A DNA stretch of 60,753 nucleotides from NCBI GenBank assembly GCA_903822375.1, contig CAIJOU010000830.1, forward strand, positions 1-60,753. Reading direction: 5' to 3'. The stretch comes from Candidatus Hydrogenedentota bacterium (GTDB lineage Bacteria > Hydrogenedentota > Hydrogenedentia > Hydrogenedentales > CAITNO01). The notes beneath the pieces were generated by a model that was given only the letters and a program-made list of their open reading frames with translations, was not told where the DNA came from and did not search any database. The position numbers and the translations under genes are program-made. Within the stretch, counting starts at the first letter, position 1; each line of letters starts with the position of its first letter. Shown here in pieces: positions 42,608-51,800 of this stretch.

Positions 42608-44926
42608 TCAAGCCGCCTTTGCCAAACGACGGCGCTTGCGGATGGTCCACGCGCCGGCGGCGGCGAGTGTCGCCCAACCCAGCGCCGCAACGTAGCATCC
42701 CAGATAGAAGTCCCAGGGCCAGTACCATACACGAATCTCATGGTCACCGGGACCAACGCAGACACCGACAAAGTCGTAGTTGACCCGCCGCACCTCCACC
42801 AATTGGCCGTGGTCCGTGGCCCGCCAGTCCGGATGCCATGCCTGCGAAATGACAACCACGCCACCCTTGTCGCTCGTGAACCGCGTGGTCAAATCACTGG
42901 GCGACTGCCGCTCAAACGGCAGGGGCCGGAACGGCTCTCCGCCCTGATAGGGACGGTCCTCCACGAGGCAACCCGTTCTCGGATCATGGGAGCACAGCGC
43001 ATCAAGGAAAGGCACTCCCTGGGCGGGCACGTCGGCGCCGGGAACGATGCAGACACGGGGCAGCGCGGAATCGCGCCGGTAAACCTTGATCTCCGGCCCC
43101 CCCTGCACATCGGGAAACACCAACGCCTTTTCCCCCGGCAAGCCGCCATCCTTTGGCCCGGCGGCGATATACTCCACATTCATAAGATCCAGTATGGCGG
43201 GGCATCCAATCTGGTCCGACGAGTGCAGGCGGAGGGCGGCGCTCGTGGACTCGTCTGAAGTCCATATCTTTCTGTATAGATCGAAATAGCGGCCGGAAAT
43301 TCCAGGATGATATCCGGCCACGATTTCGATGCCGTATTTCGCCGCAGAGGTCTGGTTCAAGCCCCGTTCCGTCCCCAGCACTCGGAACTCCTCTTTGCGT
43401 TCCTGTTCCACAAGATACGCCATGGCCGGAGTCTTTGGCAGGAGGTCCTTGGTCTTGGCAACCACAATGTGGTCCTGCCAGACAATGAACAAATCAGCGC
43501 TGACCAGAAGCAGTATGGCCGCTTTCCACAGATCCTCCGAAAGGCTCCCCCGCATCCAAAGCAGAATCACCGGCACGAAAAGCACCAGAAGGGCGATGGG
43601 AAGCCAGACAAAACGTATCGGCGCATCCCCTTTCCACCAGAACAACAGCACGGCGCCCATAGCCGCCGTCAGCAGCGCGCCTGAAATGGCCAGGAGCGGC
43701 CATTTTCTGGTTGTCGCCCCGCCTCCGGACACGTAGAGTCCGACCAGCAGACCCACCAGAAAGGCTGTGTAGAAGAACATTCTCCCCGGGCAACGGAATA
43801 ACACAAAACCGGGAATCGCCCGGGTGGCCAGCCACAACAGCGGACCATGGTCTCCCAAGGAGAGCAGAAACGTAATGACGGCAAGGAAAGCCAGGACAAC
43901 CACAGACCTCCGGTTCTTTCCCGGCCACAGGCATGCGGGCAGGATCAGCACCAGGGGAATGACCCCGAAGTACACCGTCCTTTCCCAGAAGTACTCCGTC
44001 TCTTCCAGAATCTTCTCCGTGGCCAGCAGCGGAACGCCGCGCAAAGGCCAGAGGAGGTGGAGCAGGTCCGTGTACCGCGGACTGTATGCGGCGGCGAAAT
44101 CGTAGCCGGTGCCCCGCGCCCGCGCGGAAAGCAGCAGTGTCTGGGAAATGATCGGAAGCCACCACGGCGCCGCAAAGACAAGAAACGACAAGGAACCGGC
44201 CGCAAAGGCAAACGCGGACCGGAGGGTGGCGAGCCATCCCCGCCGGGATAATCCGGCCAGCAGCCACAACAGGGCGTAGGCGCCGAGAAACAGGCAATGC
44301 CAGTACAGTATTTGAATGCTGCCGCAGGTGGACGTCAGGGCCAATGCACCCCCGAAGACTCCCGCCCGGACAAAGGAAGGTTTTTCCAGCACCCCCTCCG
44401 CCGCGAGCATGAGCCAGGGAAGGCACAGCATTGTGATGAGCACCTCGACATGCCCCGCGTAGAGATGCCCCGCCGTCTTGCCGCCCAGAACGAATACCAC
44501 CGCCGCCAGCATGGCCCCCTGCGGGTCGCACCCCTTCCTCTTTGCAAAGAGGAACATGCCCCACGCGCCGAGGGTGGCATAGAACCACAGGATATACCCG
44601 AAAAGGGCCGGCGTGGGTGTAATCCAGAAAAGCCATTGCGGGAAATTCAGCACCGCCGGCAGCGAGTCGCCGACTATTGACTTGCCGCAAAACACCGTGG
44701 GGTCCCAAAGCGGAAAACGTCCCCAGTCGGAAAAACTGTGCCACTGCACGAATTTGTATTCGCTTTGCGCGGCAACAATGTCAAACGAGGTGAGCGTATT
44801 GCCGGGATGGAAAACAAGGCGGTAAAAGAACACTGTGGTGACGGCGGTCAAAAGGGCAAAACACAGGATCGTTGTCCAACGCTGACGAGAGGGACCGGCC
44901 ACAACTGTACCTCCATTGAGCGGCAT
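42608..44926 (-). CDS. YfhO-like large polytopic membrane protein (putative glycosyltransferase-C type), paralog 1
   Basis: FFYRLVFHPGNTL..SEYKFVQWHSF..FPLWDPTVFCGKSIVGDS, many TM segments and a conserved C-terminal beta domain (WHPDWRATDHGQLVEVRRVNYDFVGVCVGPGDHEIRVWY). Start trimmed to 44926. Confidence 0.75.
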   Translation of the reverse strand: MPLNGGTVVAGPSRQRWTTILCFALLTAVTTVFFYRLVFHPGNTLTSFDIVAAQSEYKFVQWHSFSDWGRFPLWDPTVFCGKSIVGDSLPAVLNFPQWLFWITPTPALFGYILWFYATLGAWGMFLFAKRKGCDPQGAMLAAVVFVLGGKTAGHLYAGHVEVLITMLCLPWLMLAAEGVLEKPSFVRAGVFGGALALTSTCGSIQILYWHCLFLGAYALLWLLAGLSRRGWLATLRSAFAFAAGSLSFLVFAAPWWLPIISQTLLLSARARGTGYDFAAAYSPRYTDLLHLLWPLRGVPLLATEKILEETEYFWERTVYFGVIPLVLILPACLWPGKNRRSVVVLAFLAVITFLLSLGDHGPLLWLATRAIPGFVLFRCPGRMFFYTAFLVGLLVGLYVSGGGATTRKWPLLAISGALLTAAMGAVLLFWWKGDAPIRFVWLPIALLVLFVPVILLWMRGSLSEDLWKAAILLLVSADLFIVWQDHIVVAKTKDLLPKTPAMAYLVEQERKEEFRVLGTERGLNQTSAAKYGIEIVAGYHPGISGRYFDLYRKIWTSDESTSAALRLHSSDQIGCPAILDLMNVEYIAAGPKDGGLPGEKALVFPDVQGGPEIKVYRRDSALPRVCIVPGADVPAQGVPFLDALCSHDPRTGCLVEDRPYQGGEPFRPLPFERQSPSDLTTRFTSDKGGVVVISQAWHPDWRATDHGQLVEVRRVNYDFVGVCVGPGDHEIRVWYWPWDFYLGCYVAALGWATLAAAGAWTIRKRRRLAKAA

Positions 44927-45071
44927 TCTTGCTGGTATGCATGCACCAGGGTGCCCGCCAGAAGACTGAAAAGAACCGGGGAGCACCCCCACAGACCCGC
45001 ACCCCGGCCCCGAGGCCCCCTGCGGCGCGGGCACACATCACTGAAAAGTATCGTTTTGCGGCGCTGCGAAG

Positions 45072-47471
45072 TCAAGTGGCTTTCGTTGATCGCCGTCTCT
45101 GGCGCACAGCCCACACGCCGGCAACGGCAAGCACCGTCCAGGACGCCGCCGCGACCCAGCATCCCAGATAGAAGTCCCAGGGGCGGTACCAGATTCGGAG
45201 TTCATGGTCGCCGGGGCCGACACACACGCCGACAAAGTTGTAGTTGACCCGCCGCAGTTCCACCGGCCTGCCGTGATCCGTGGCCCGCCAGTCGGGATGC
45301 CATGCCTGGGACACCACGACCACGCCGCCCTTCTCGCTTGTAAACCGCGTGGTCAGACTGCTGGGGGACTGTCGCTCAAAAGGCAGCGGCTTGAAGGCGT
45401 CCCCGCCGGAAAAGGGCCGGTCCTCCACGAGACACCCCGCCCTCGGGTCCATGGAGCACACCGCATCCAGCAGAGAAACGCCCGGGGCGGGCAAGGCGGC
45501 CTTGGGAACAATGCAAACCCGGGGCAGCGCCGAATCACGCCGGTAGATTCTCTCATGCAACCCGCCCTCCTCGGTGACGAATTCCAGCGCCTTCACGCCG
45601 GGCAACCCGCGGTCCGTCGGCACGGCAAGAAGATAGCGCACGTTCATCAGGTCGAGTATGACCGGGTGCGCGATGTACTGCGGGGAGTGTTCCTTGAGAA
45701 GGGTGGACGTGGACCTGTCTGATTTCCAGATGGCCCTGTAAAGATCAAAGTAGCGGCCGGAAATGCCGGGATGATATCCACCCGCAATTTCAAGACCCAA
45801 TCTCGCCGCGCAGGTCTGGTCCAATATGCTCTTCGGCGCCAGCAGCCTGAACTCCCCCTGTTGCTTCTGCTCCGTCAGGAATTTCATGGCAGGCGTAGTC
45901 TTGAAAAGTCCCTGCGTTTGGGCAACCACCATGTGATCCTGCCAGACTACGAACAGGTCACAGCAGGCAAGAAGCAGGACCGCCGCCTTCCACAGGTGGT
46001 CCGGCAATATCCTGCACAGCCAGAGCAGCGTTGCCGCCGTGAAGGCCGTCAACAGGACGATGGGAAGCCAGACGTGGGGTATCGGTTTGTGTTCGGTCTG
46101 CCAGAGCAGCAGTGTCCCTGCAATCACCGCCGGCAGCAGTGCGCCTGAAATGACGGGAAGTATCCATTTTCTTCTCATTGCGCCCCCCTCGGACGCGAAC
46201 AATCCGACGAGCAGGGCTCCCGAGAAGGCGGTGTAGAAGAACAGCCTTCCGGGACATCGGAACATCTCAAACCCGGGGATTGCGCGCGCGGCCAGCCAGA
46301 ACAGCGGGCCGTTGTCGCCCAAGGCCAGAAGGAAGCTGAGCGCGGTGAGGAAGGCCGCAATAATGACACCTGACCGGTTCTTTGTGGAGCACAGGCATGC
46401 CGATGGAATCAAGGCCAGCGGAACAACCCCGAAATAGAGTGTTCTTTCCCAAAAGGCCCTTCCAACCGGCGTCAGTGTCAGCGGAGGAACTCCGTGGAAC
46501 GGCCAAATGAGATGGAGCAAATCCGAATACTGCGGGCTGAAAGAGGCGGCAAACTGATAGTCGGTCCCCCGCGCGCGCGCGGACAGCAACAGGGTTTGGC
46601 GCACGATGGGAAACCACCAGGGAGCGGCAAAGACGAGGAAGGACAGGATGCCCGCCGCAAAGGCAAGCGCGGCCCGCCGCGTGGCCGGCCACCCCTTCGA
46701 ACGGAATCCGGCGAGCAACCACAGCCCAGCGTAAGCGGCCACAAACAGGAAATGCCAATAGATGATCTGAACACTGCCGCAGGTGGACGCAAGGGCAAGG
46801 GTCGCTCCGAGCACGCCGCCCCGGAGGAAGGACGGCTTTTCCAGCACCCTCTCCGCGGCCAGCATGATCCAGGGAAGGCACAACATCGTGGCAAGCACTT
46901 CGAGATGTCCCGCGAAGAGATGCCCGGCCGTTTTGCCCCCCAAAATGAAGACAACCGCAGCCAGCGTCGCACCCTGCGGGTCACACCCCTTCTTCCTTGC
47001 AAAGAGGAACATCCCCCACGCGCCGATGGTCGCGTAGAACCACAGTATCCACCCAAACAGGACCGGCGAAGGCGTCAACCAGAAGAGCCATTGCGGGACA
47101 TTCAGCACCGCCGGAAGCGAGTCGCCGACAATGGACTTGCCGCAATATATGGTCGGGTCCCAGAGAGGGAAGACGCCCCAGTCCGCAAAACTGCGCCATT
47201 GAACAAATTTATACTCGCTGTGGGCGTCGGGAATATCCAGGGTCCACAGTGTCTGGTCCGGGTGAAACAGAACGCGGTGAAAGAACGCAATTGTGACGAT
47301 GGCAAGCAGGAGCAGGCGAAGGACCGTATTCCGATGCGAACGAGATAAACCGACCACAGCTTGTGTCTCCGTCACAAAGTGCCTCTTGGCGGCTTGTCCG
47401 GACCAAATCATCGGCCAGAGGAGTGAACAAACACCGGCGACAGCCGCATCAGCCCATACTTCGGGCCTCAT
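45072..47471 (-). CDS. YfhO-like membrane protein, paralog 2
   Basis: Collinear with paralog 1 throughout (FFHRVLFHPDQTL ... WHPDWRATDHGRPVELRRVNYNFVGVCVGPGDHELRIWY). The start is uncertain (47471 or 47411). Confidence 0.75.
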   Translation of the reverse strand: MRPEVWADAAVAGVCSLLWPMIWSGQAAKRHFVTETQAVVGLSRSHRNTVLRLLLLAIVTIAFFHRVLFHPDQTLWTLDIPDAHSEYKFVQWRSFADWGVFPLWDPTIYCGKSIVGDSLPAVLNVPQWLFWLTPSPVLFGWILWFYATIGAWGMFLFARKKGCDPQGATLAAVVFILGGKTAGHLFAGHLEVLATMLCLPWIMLAAERVLEKPSFLRGGVLGATLALASTCGSVQIIYWHFLFVAAYAGLWLLAGFRSKGWPATRRAALAFAAGILSFLVFAAPWWFPIVRQTLLLSARARGTDYQFAASFSPQYSDLLHLIWPFHGVPPLTLTPVGRAFWERTLYFGVVPLALIPSACLCSTKNRSGVIIAAFLTALSFLLALGDNGPLFWLAARAIPGFEMFRCPGRLFFYTAFSGALLVGLFASEGGAMRRKWILPVISGALLPAVIAGTLLLWQTEHKPIPHVWLPIVLLTAFTAATLLWLCRILPDHLWKAAVLLLACCDLFVVWQDHMVVAQTQGLFKTTPAMKFLTEQKQQGEFRLLAPKSILDQTCAARLGLEIAGGYHPGISGRYFDLYRAIWKSDRSTSTLLKEHSPQYIAHPVILDLMNVRYLLAVPTDRGLPGVKALEFVTEEGGLHERIYRRDSALPRVCIVPKAALPAPGVSLLDAVCSMDPRAGCLVEDRPFSGGDAFKPLPFERQSPSSLTTRFTSEKGGVVVVSQAWHPDWRATDHGRPVELRRVNYNFVGVCVGPGDHELRIWYRPWDFYLGCWVAAASWTVLAVAGVWAVRQRRRSTKAT

Positions 47472-47526
47472 CGCCTGTACGGCATGGCCTTTGCTGCAGG
47501 AAGTATCTTTCCGCGACGTTGCGAAA

Positions 47527-49836
47527 TCAAGCGGCTTTCGCTAATTGCTGCCTTTTGCGCACAGTCCGCACTCCGGAAATGACAAGCACCGCCCATGCCG
47601 CTGCCGCAATCCAGCAGCCCAGATAAAAGTCCCAGGGCCGGTACCAAACCCGGATTTCATGGTCACCCGAACCAACGCAGACGCCCACAAAGTCGTAATT
47701 GACCCGCCGGACTTCGACCGGCCTGCCGTGGTCGGTGGCCCGCCAGTCGGGATGCCATGCCTGCGAGATGACGACCACCCCCCCCTTCTCGCTTGTGAAC
47801 CGTGTGGTCAGGTCACTGGGTGATTTGCGCTCCCATGTCAGCGGCCGGTAGGCGTCGCCGCCCTCAAAGGGCCGGTCCTCCACGAGACACCCCGCCCTCG
47901 GGTCCATGGCGCACACGGCATCAAGCATGGGAACACCCGGCGCGGGCAGTGCGGCGCCGGGCACCATGCAGACGCGGGGCAGCGCCGAATCGCGCCGGTA
48001 TATTTTGGCGCGGGGATTTCCGGGAACCGCAAGCGCCTTCTTGCCCTCGAGTCCAGGTTCCGGCGGCGCAACAACGACATAGACCACGTTCATAAGGTCT
48101 AGAATGACAGGCTGGGCACAGTCATGGATAAAATGCGTTTGAAGTCCGGTGCTTTCGGAAGTGTCAGATTTCCATATTCTCCTGTAAAGGTCCAGATAGC
48201 GGCCATAGACACCGGGATGATATCCATTGATTATTTCCAGACCGTCTCGCGCCGCGCGGGTTTGATCGATTACCCCCGGGGCCATCATTCTGAATTCCTC
48301 ACCGTGCTTCAGCCCCACAAGATACTCCGCGATCAATCCGCTTGGGACCAGGTCATCTGCCTTGGCAACCACGATGTGATCCTGCCAAACGACAAACAGG
48401 TCACAGCAGACGAGAAGAAGCACCGCAGCCTGCCAGAGTTTGCCCGGCAGAATACCGAACGCCCACAGGATGGCAAGCGGGGTGAAAACGCCCAGAAGAA
48501 TAACGGGAAGCCAGACGTCCGTTATCGGGGCGCCCTCCATCCGCGGCAAAAGAACCGCCATGGCCGCCACGGCCGCCAGCAGCATGCCCGACAGGGCAGG
48601 CACGACCCATTTTCGCGCCGTTGCCCCCCCGCCCGACACAAACAACCCCACCAGCAGGGCCGCGAGAAAGGTGGTATAGAAGAAGAGTCTTCCCGGACAG
48701 CGGAACAATCCAAAGCCGGGAATAATCTTCGTGGCCAGCCAGAACAGCGGGCCATGGTTTCCCATACCCAAGGTGAAGGTGAGGGCCATGAGAACAACCG
48801 GGATCATGACAACGGAACGGTTCTTCCGTGACCACAGGCACGCGGGCAGGAGCAAGGCCAGCGGAATTACGCCAACATAGATTGTCTTCTCCCAAAAGCA
48901 GAAGGCCATTGGGTCGGTTCCCTTGCTGAATTCCGATGCAGTCGGCGGCAGGATTCCATGAAAGGGCCAAACGAGATGAAAGAGATCGCCGTACTCCGGG
49001 CTGAAAGCACTGGCAAACGCATAGTCGGTGCCGCGGGCCCGGGCGGACAGCAACAAGGTCTGCCGGACTATGGGCAGCCACCATGGGCCCGCAAGAACAA
49101 TAAAGGACAATATTCCTCCCGCAAAAGCGACTGCAGACCCTATTGTGGCGCGCCAACCTCTCTGGAAGATTCCAACCGACAGCCACAGCAGGGCGTACGT
49201 GCATACAAAGAGGAAATGCCAATACATTATCTGGATGCACCCGCAGGTGGAGGTGAGGGCGAACACGGCGCCCAGCAGGGCCGCCCGAAAGAAAGAGGGG
49301 CCCGACAGCACGTTCTCGGCGGCAAGCATAATCCAGGGAAGACAAAGCATGGTGGCAAGCACTTCCACATGCCCCGCGTAGAGATGCCCCGCCGTCTTCC
49401 CCCCCAAAGCGAAGATTACCGCGGCCAGCATCGCACCCAGCGGATCGCACCCCTTCTTCTTTGCAAGGAGAAACATCCCCCACGCGCCAATGACAGCGTA
49501 GAACCACAGGAGATAGCCGAACAGGGCCAGCGACGGTATTCCCCAGAAGAGCCATTGGGGCGGGTTAAGCAGCGCCGGAAGCGAATCCCCGATGATGGAT
49601 TTCCCGCAGAACACGGTCGGGTCCCACAGTGGAAAGAGTCCCCAATCCCTGAAAGCGCGCCATTGCACGAATTTGTATTCACTGTGGGCGCTGACAATAT
49701 CCACCGAGGCAAGAGCGCTGTCGGGATGGAACACAACCCGGTGAAAGAACAGAACCGCAATGCAGGCCAGAATGAAAAGACAAAGGACCGTGCTCCAACG
49801 CAAGCGGGAGAAACACGCCCCAACAGGAATACGCAT
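47527..49836 (-). CDS. YfhO-like membrane protein, paralog 3
   Basis: Collinear with paralogs 1 and 2 (FFHRVVFHPDSAL ... WHPDWRATDHGRPVEVRRVNYDFVGVCVGSGDHEIRVWY). Start trimmed to MRIPVGA (49836). Confidence 0.75.
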   Translation of the reverse strand: MRIPVGACFSRLRWSTVLCLFILACIAVLFFHRVVFHPDSALASVDIVSAHSEYKFVQWRAFRDWGLFPLWDPTVFCGKSIIGDSLPALLNPPQWLFWGIPSLALFGYLLWFYAVIGAWGMFLLAKKKGCDPLGAMLAAVIFALGGKTAGHLYAGHVEVLATMLCLPWIMLAAENVLSGPSFFRAALLGAVFALTSTCGCIQIMYWHFLFVCTYALLWLSVGIFQRGWRATIGSAVAFAGGILSFIVLAGPWWLPIVRQTLLLSARARGTDYAFASAFSPEYGDLFHLVWPFHGILPPTASEFSKGTDPMAFCFWEKTIYVGVIPLALLLPACLWSRKNRSVVMIPVVLMALTFTLGMGNHGPLFWLATKIIPGFGLFRCPGRLFFYTTFLAALLVGLFVSGGGATARKWVVPALSGMLLAAVAAMAVLLPRMEGAPITDVWLPVILLGVFTPLAILWAFGILPGKLWQAAVLLLVCCDLFVVWQDHIVVAKADDLVPSGLIAEYLVGLKHGEEFRMMAPGVIDQTRAARDGLEIINGYHPGVYGRYLDLYRRIWKSDTSESTGLQTHFIHDCAQPVILDLMNVVYVVVAPPEPGLEGKKALAVPGNPRAKIYRRDSALPRVCMVPGAALPAPGVPMLDAVCAMDPRAGCLVEDRPFEGGDAYRPLTWERKSPSDLTTRFTSEKGGVVVISQAWHPDWRATDHGRPVEVRRVNYDFVGVCVGSGDHEIRVWYRPWDFYLGCWIAAAAWAVLVISGVRTVRKRQQLAKAA

Positions 49837-50187
49837 CGGGCCGGAACCTGTCAAAGCCGTTTGGGTTTTCTCAGGACCCTTTTGCAGCTGCTTCCCCTCG
49901 CTCACGACATGCCCTTTCGCGAAGTTTTCGGGTGTTGGTGCGCCGGCGTGTGCAACTGTTTCAGCCGCCCCGCCATCTCGGCGCATTTCCAAAGATTTTG
50001 TGCGCCCAGGGCATCCCTCACCCGACTTGGGAACGCTCCAGTTGCGCCTATGTCATCCTATCGCGGTGAATAACACCCACCGCGTATCGCGTGCAGTGAG
50101 ACTCTTCCCGACGTGCCGCATTGCCGCGTTGGGATGCGGCCGACCGCAGACCACCTCCGCTCCCATTCCCGCCACGACAACGGTGGC

Positions 50188-51603
50188 CTACTGTGCGTTC
50201 TTCTGGGGTCCGAGAACCTGCACAGACTGCGCCGCCATCGGCAGGGCAATCTTGCCCTGTTCCACAGTTACCTCGACGCCCGCGGCGGTGTCGGCAAGCG
50301 TCGTGCCGTTCAGCTTCTCCAGCCCTTCCATGGTGTATTGGACCGGATCAATGCACTCATTGACGACGATCAACCAGGTCTTGCCATCGACGTCCTTGGG
50401 CAGGACCAGCACCTCGCGGTCGACCGAACCCCAGGTGGGGGCAAGGCTGAGTTTCGGGGACAGTTTCGCATCGGGCGCGGAAAGCACCGGCTGGAGTGCG
50501 GACAGTTCGGCTGCGACCGAGAGCAGGTCTTTCCAGCACTGGGAATCCTTTTCGATGTATGCGCTGCCCCAGTAAAGAATACCGCGTGCTCCGCGCACAA
50601 TTGTGTCGTAGGCCATGAACTGGGTCTCTTCACGGGTGGGTCGGCGCTCTTCCTTCTTGCACTCGGGCGTTGCGGTGGGCTGAATGTCGGCCCAGCCGAA
50701 ACCCTGCAGCACCATCCACACGGGTTTGCCGGGGGCGGCGGCCTGCATGCGCGTGGTGTAGGCGCCCACGGCGGCCGCGGTCTGTTCCATGAGGTCGGAA
50801 TGGCCGACATAGGTGCATTTGGGAATGGGATAGATGTCACAGCCGGCGATGTCGGCGGCGGCGTTGAACATGGCAAGCTGGTTCACCTGGTTGCGCGGCG
50901 CGTGGTTCATCCACACCGGATGGGCGGGGTCAATCTCACGCAGCAGCTTGTAGCCCTTGACCATGCCCGCGGCCATTTTCTCGGAACGCTGCCGGGCGGT
51001 GGAAAAGCTCCATTCGGGATGGGGTTGTTCCTCGCCCAATGCCAGCCAAATGGAGTCGGCCACGGCCTCCGCCTCGACCGGGCGCCCCTGCGCGAAGAGT
51101 CTCGAAACTTGGGCGCGGTCCCTGTCCAGTTTTTCAGCAAGAGCCTTGTCCTGAAGCGCCGCAATCTTGTCGCGCTGCTGGACGGGCTCGGCGCCGCGGC
51201 GCCATTCCGTGGCGGAATACCAGCAATTCCACAGGGCCTCATCGGGCACTTCCCACACCATGAGCGCCGGATGGGACGCGTACTTGCCGGCCATTTCCCG
51301 CAGGGCGGCGTCGCCGCCCGCATCGAGGTCGATGTAACCGCCGGTATTCACCCATGCCCGGAGTCCGTGCGCGTGCAGCCGGTCCATCGCGGCCGTATCG
51401 GCCCCGGCGAAGACGAGATTGAACCCGGCCTTGGCAACCTCGTCCAGAACCGTGTCGTCCTTGGGGTATTCATACAGGCCAAGAACAAAGCAGCGCTGGC
51501 CGTCCACCACGGCCATCCGGTCCGGGGCAATCTTGAAGTCCGCCGCCTGGACGGAGATGCAGATCGGCATCAGAATCATGGCAAGGAAAGGCATGCGCAT
51601 CAT
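50188..51603 (-). CDS. Secreted protein, probable TIM-barrel glycoside hydrolase (family not assigned)
   Basis: Signal peptide MMRMPFLAMILMPICISVQA. Contains LMVWEVPDEALWN and VWMVLQGFGW, which resemble acid/base and nucleophile strands of clan GH-A enzymes. The functional call is weak. Confidence 0.45.
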   Translation of the reverse strand: MMRMPFLAMILMPICISVQAADFKIAPDRMAVVDGQRCFVLGLYEYPKDDTVLDEVAKAGFNLVFAGADTAAMDRLHAHGLRAWVNTGGYIDLDAGGDAALREMAGKYASHPALMVWEVPDEALWNCWYSATEWRRGAEPVQQRDKIAALQDKALAEKLDRDRAQVSRLFAQGRPVEAEAVADSIWLALGEEQPHPEWSFSTARQRSEKMAAGMVKGYKLLREIDPAHPVWMNHAPRNQVNQLAMFNAAADIAGCDIYPIPKCTYVGHSDLMEQTAAAVGAYTTRMQAAAPGKPVWMVLQGFGWADIQPTATPECKKEERRPTREETQFMAYDTIVRGARGILYWGSAYIEKDSQCWKDLLSVAAELSALQPVLSAPDAKLSPKLSLAPTWGSVDREVLVLPKDVDGKTWLIVVNECIDPVQYTMEGLEKLNGTTLADTAAGVEVTVEQGKIALPMAAQSVQVLGPQKNAQ

Positions 51604-51800
51604 GTGTGGCTCCCGTGGGTTGGGAAAGTCCTGTTGGGTACGCACGCCATGATAATGAAATGTGCGGGCTGAACGCCACAGTGACTGGCAGCAGCTCGTA
51701 GGGTGGGTGAAGTTTTGCAAAGCAAAACGCAACCCACCGGTTCCGGATCAACAGGAGGCGGGTTCCGTTGCGCTTCGCTCCACTCCACCCACCCTGCAAA

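Noticed and set aside
41301-42695. 464-aa plus-strand ORF
   Set aside because: It is antisense to the MtaA/UroD-family gene, with shadow-ORF composition.
50113-51672. 519-aa plus-strand ORF
   Set aside because: It is antisense to the secreted hydrolase gene, which has a proper signal peptide and RBS. Shadow ORF.
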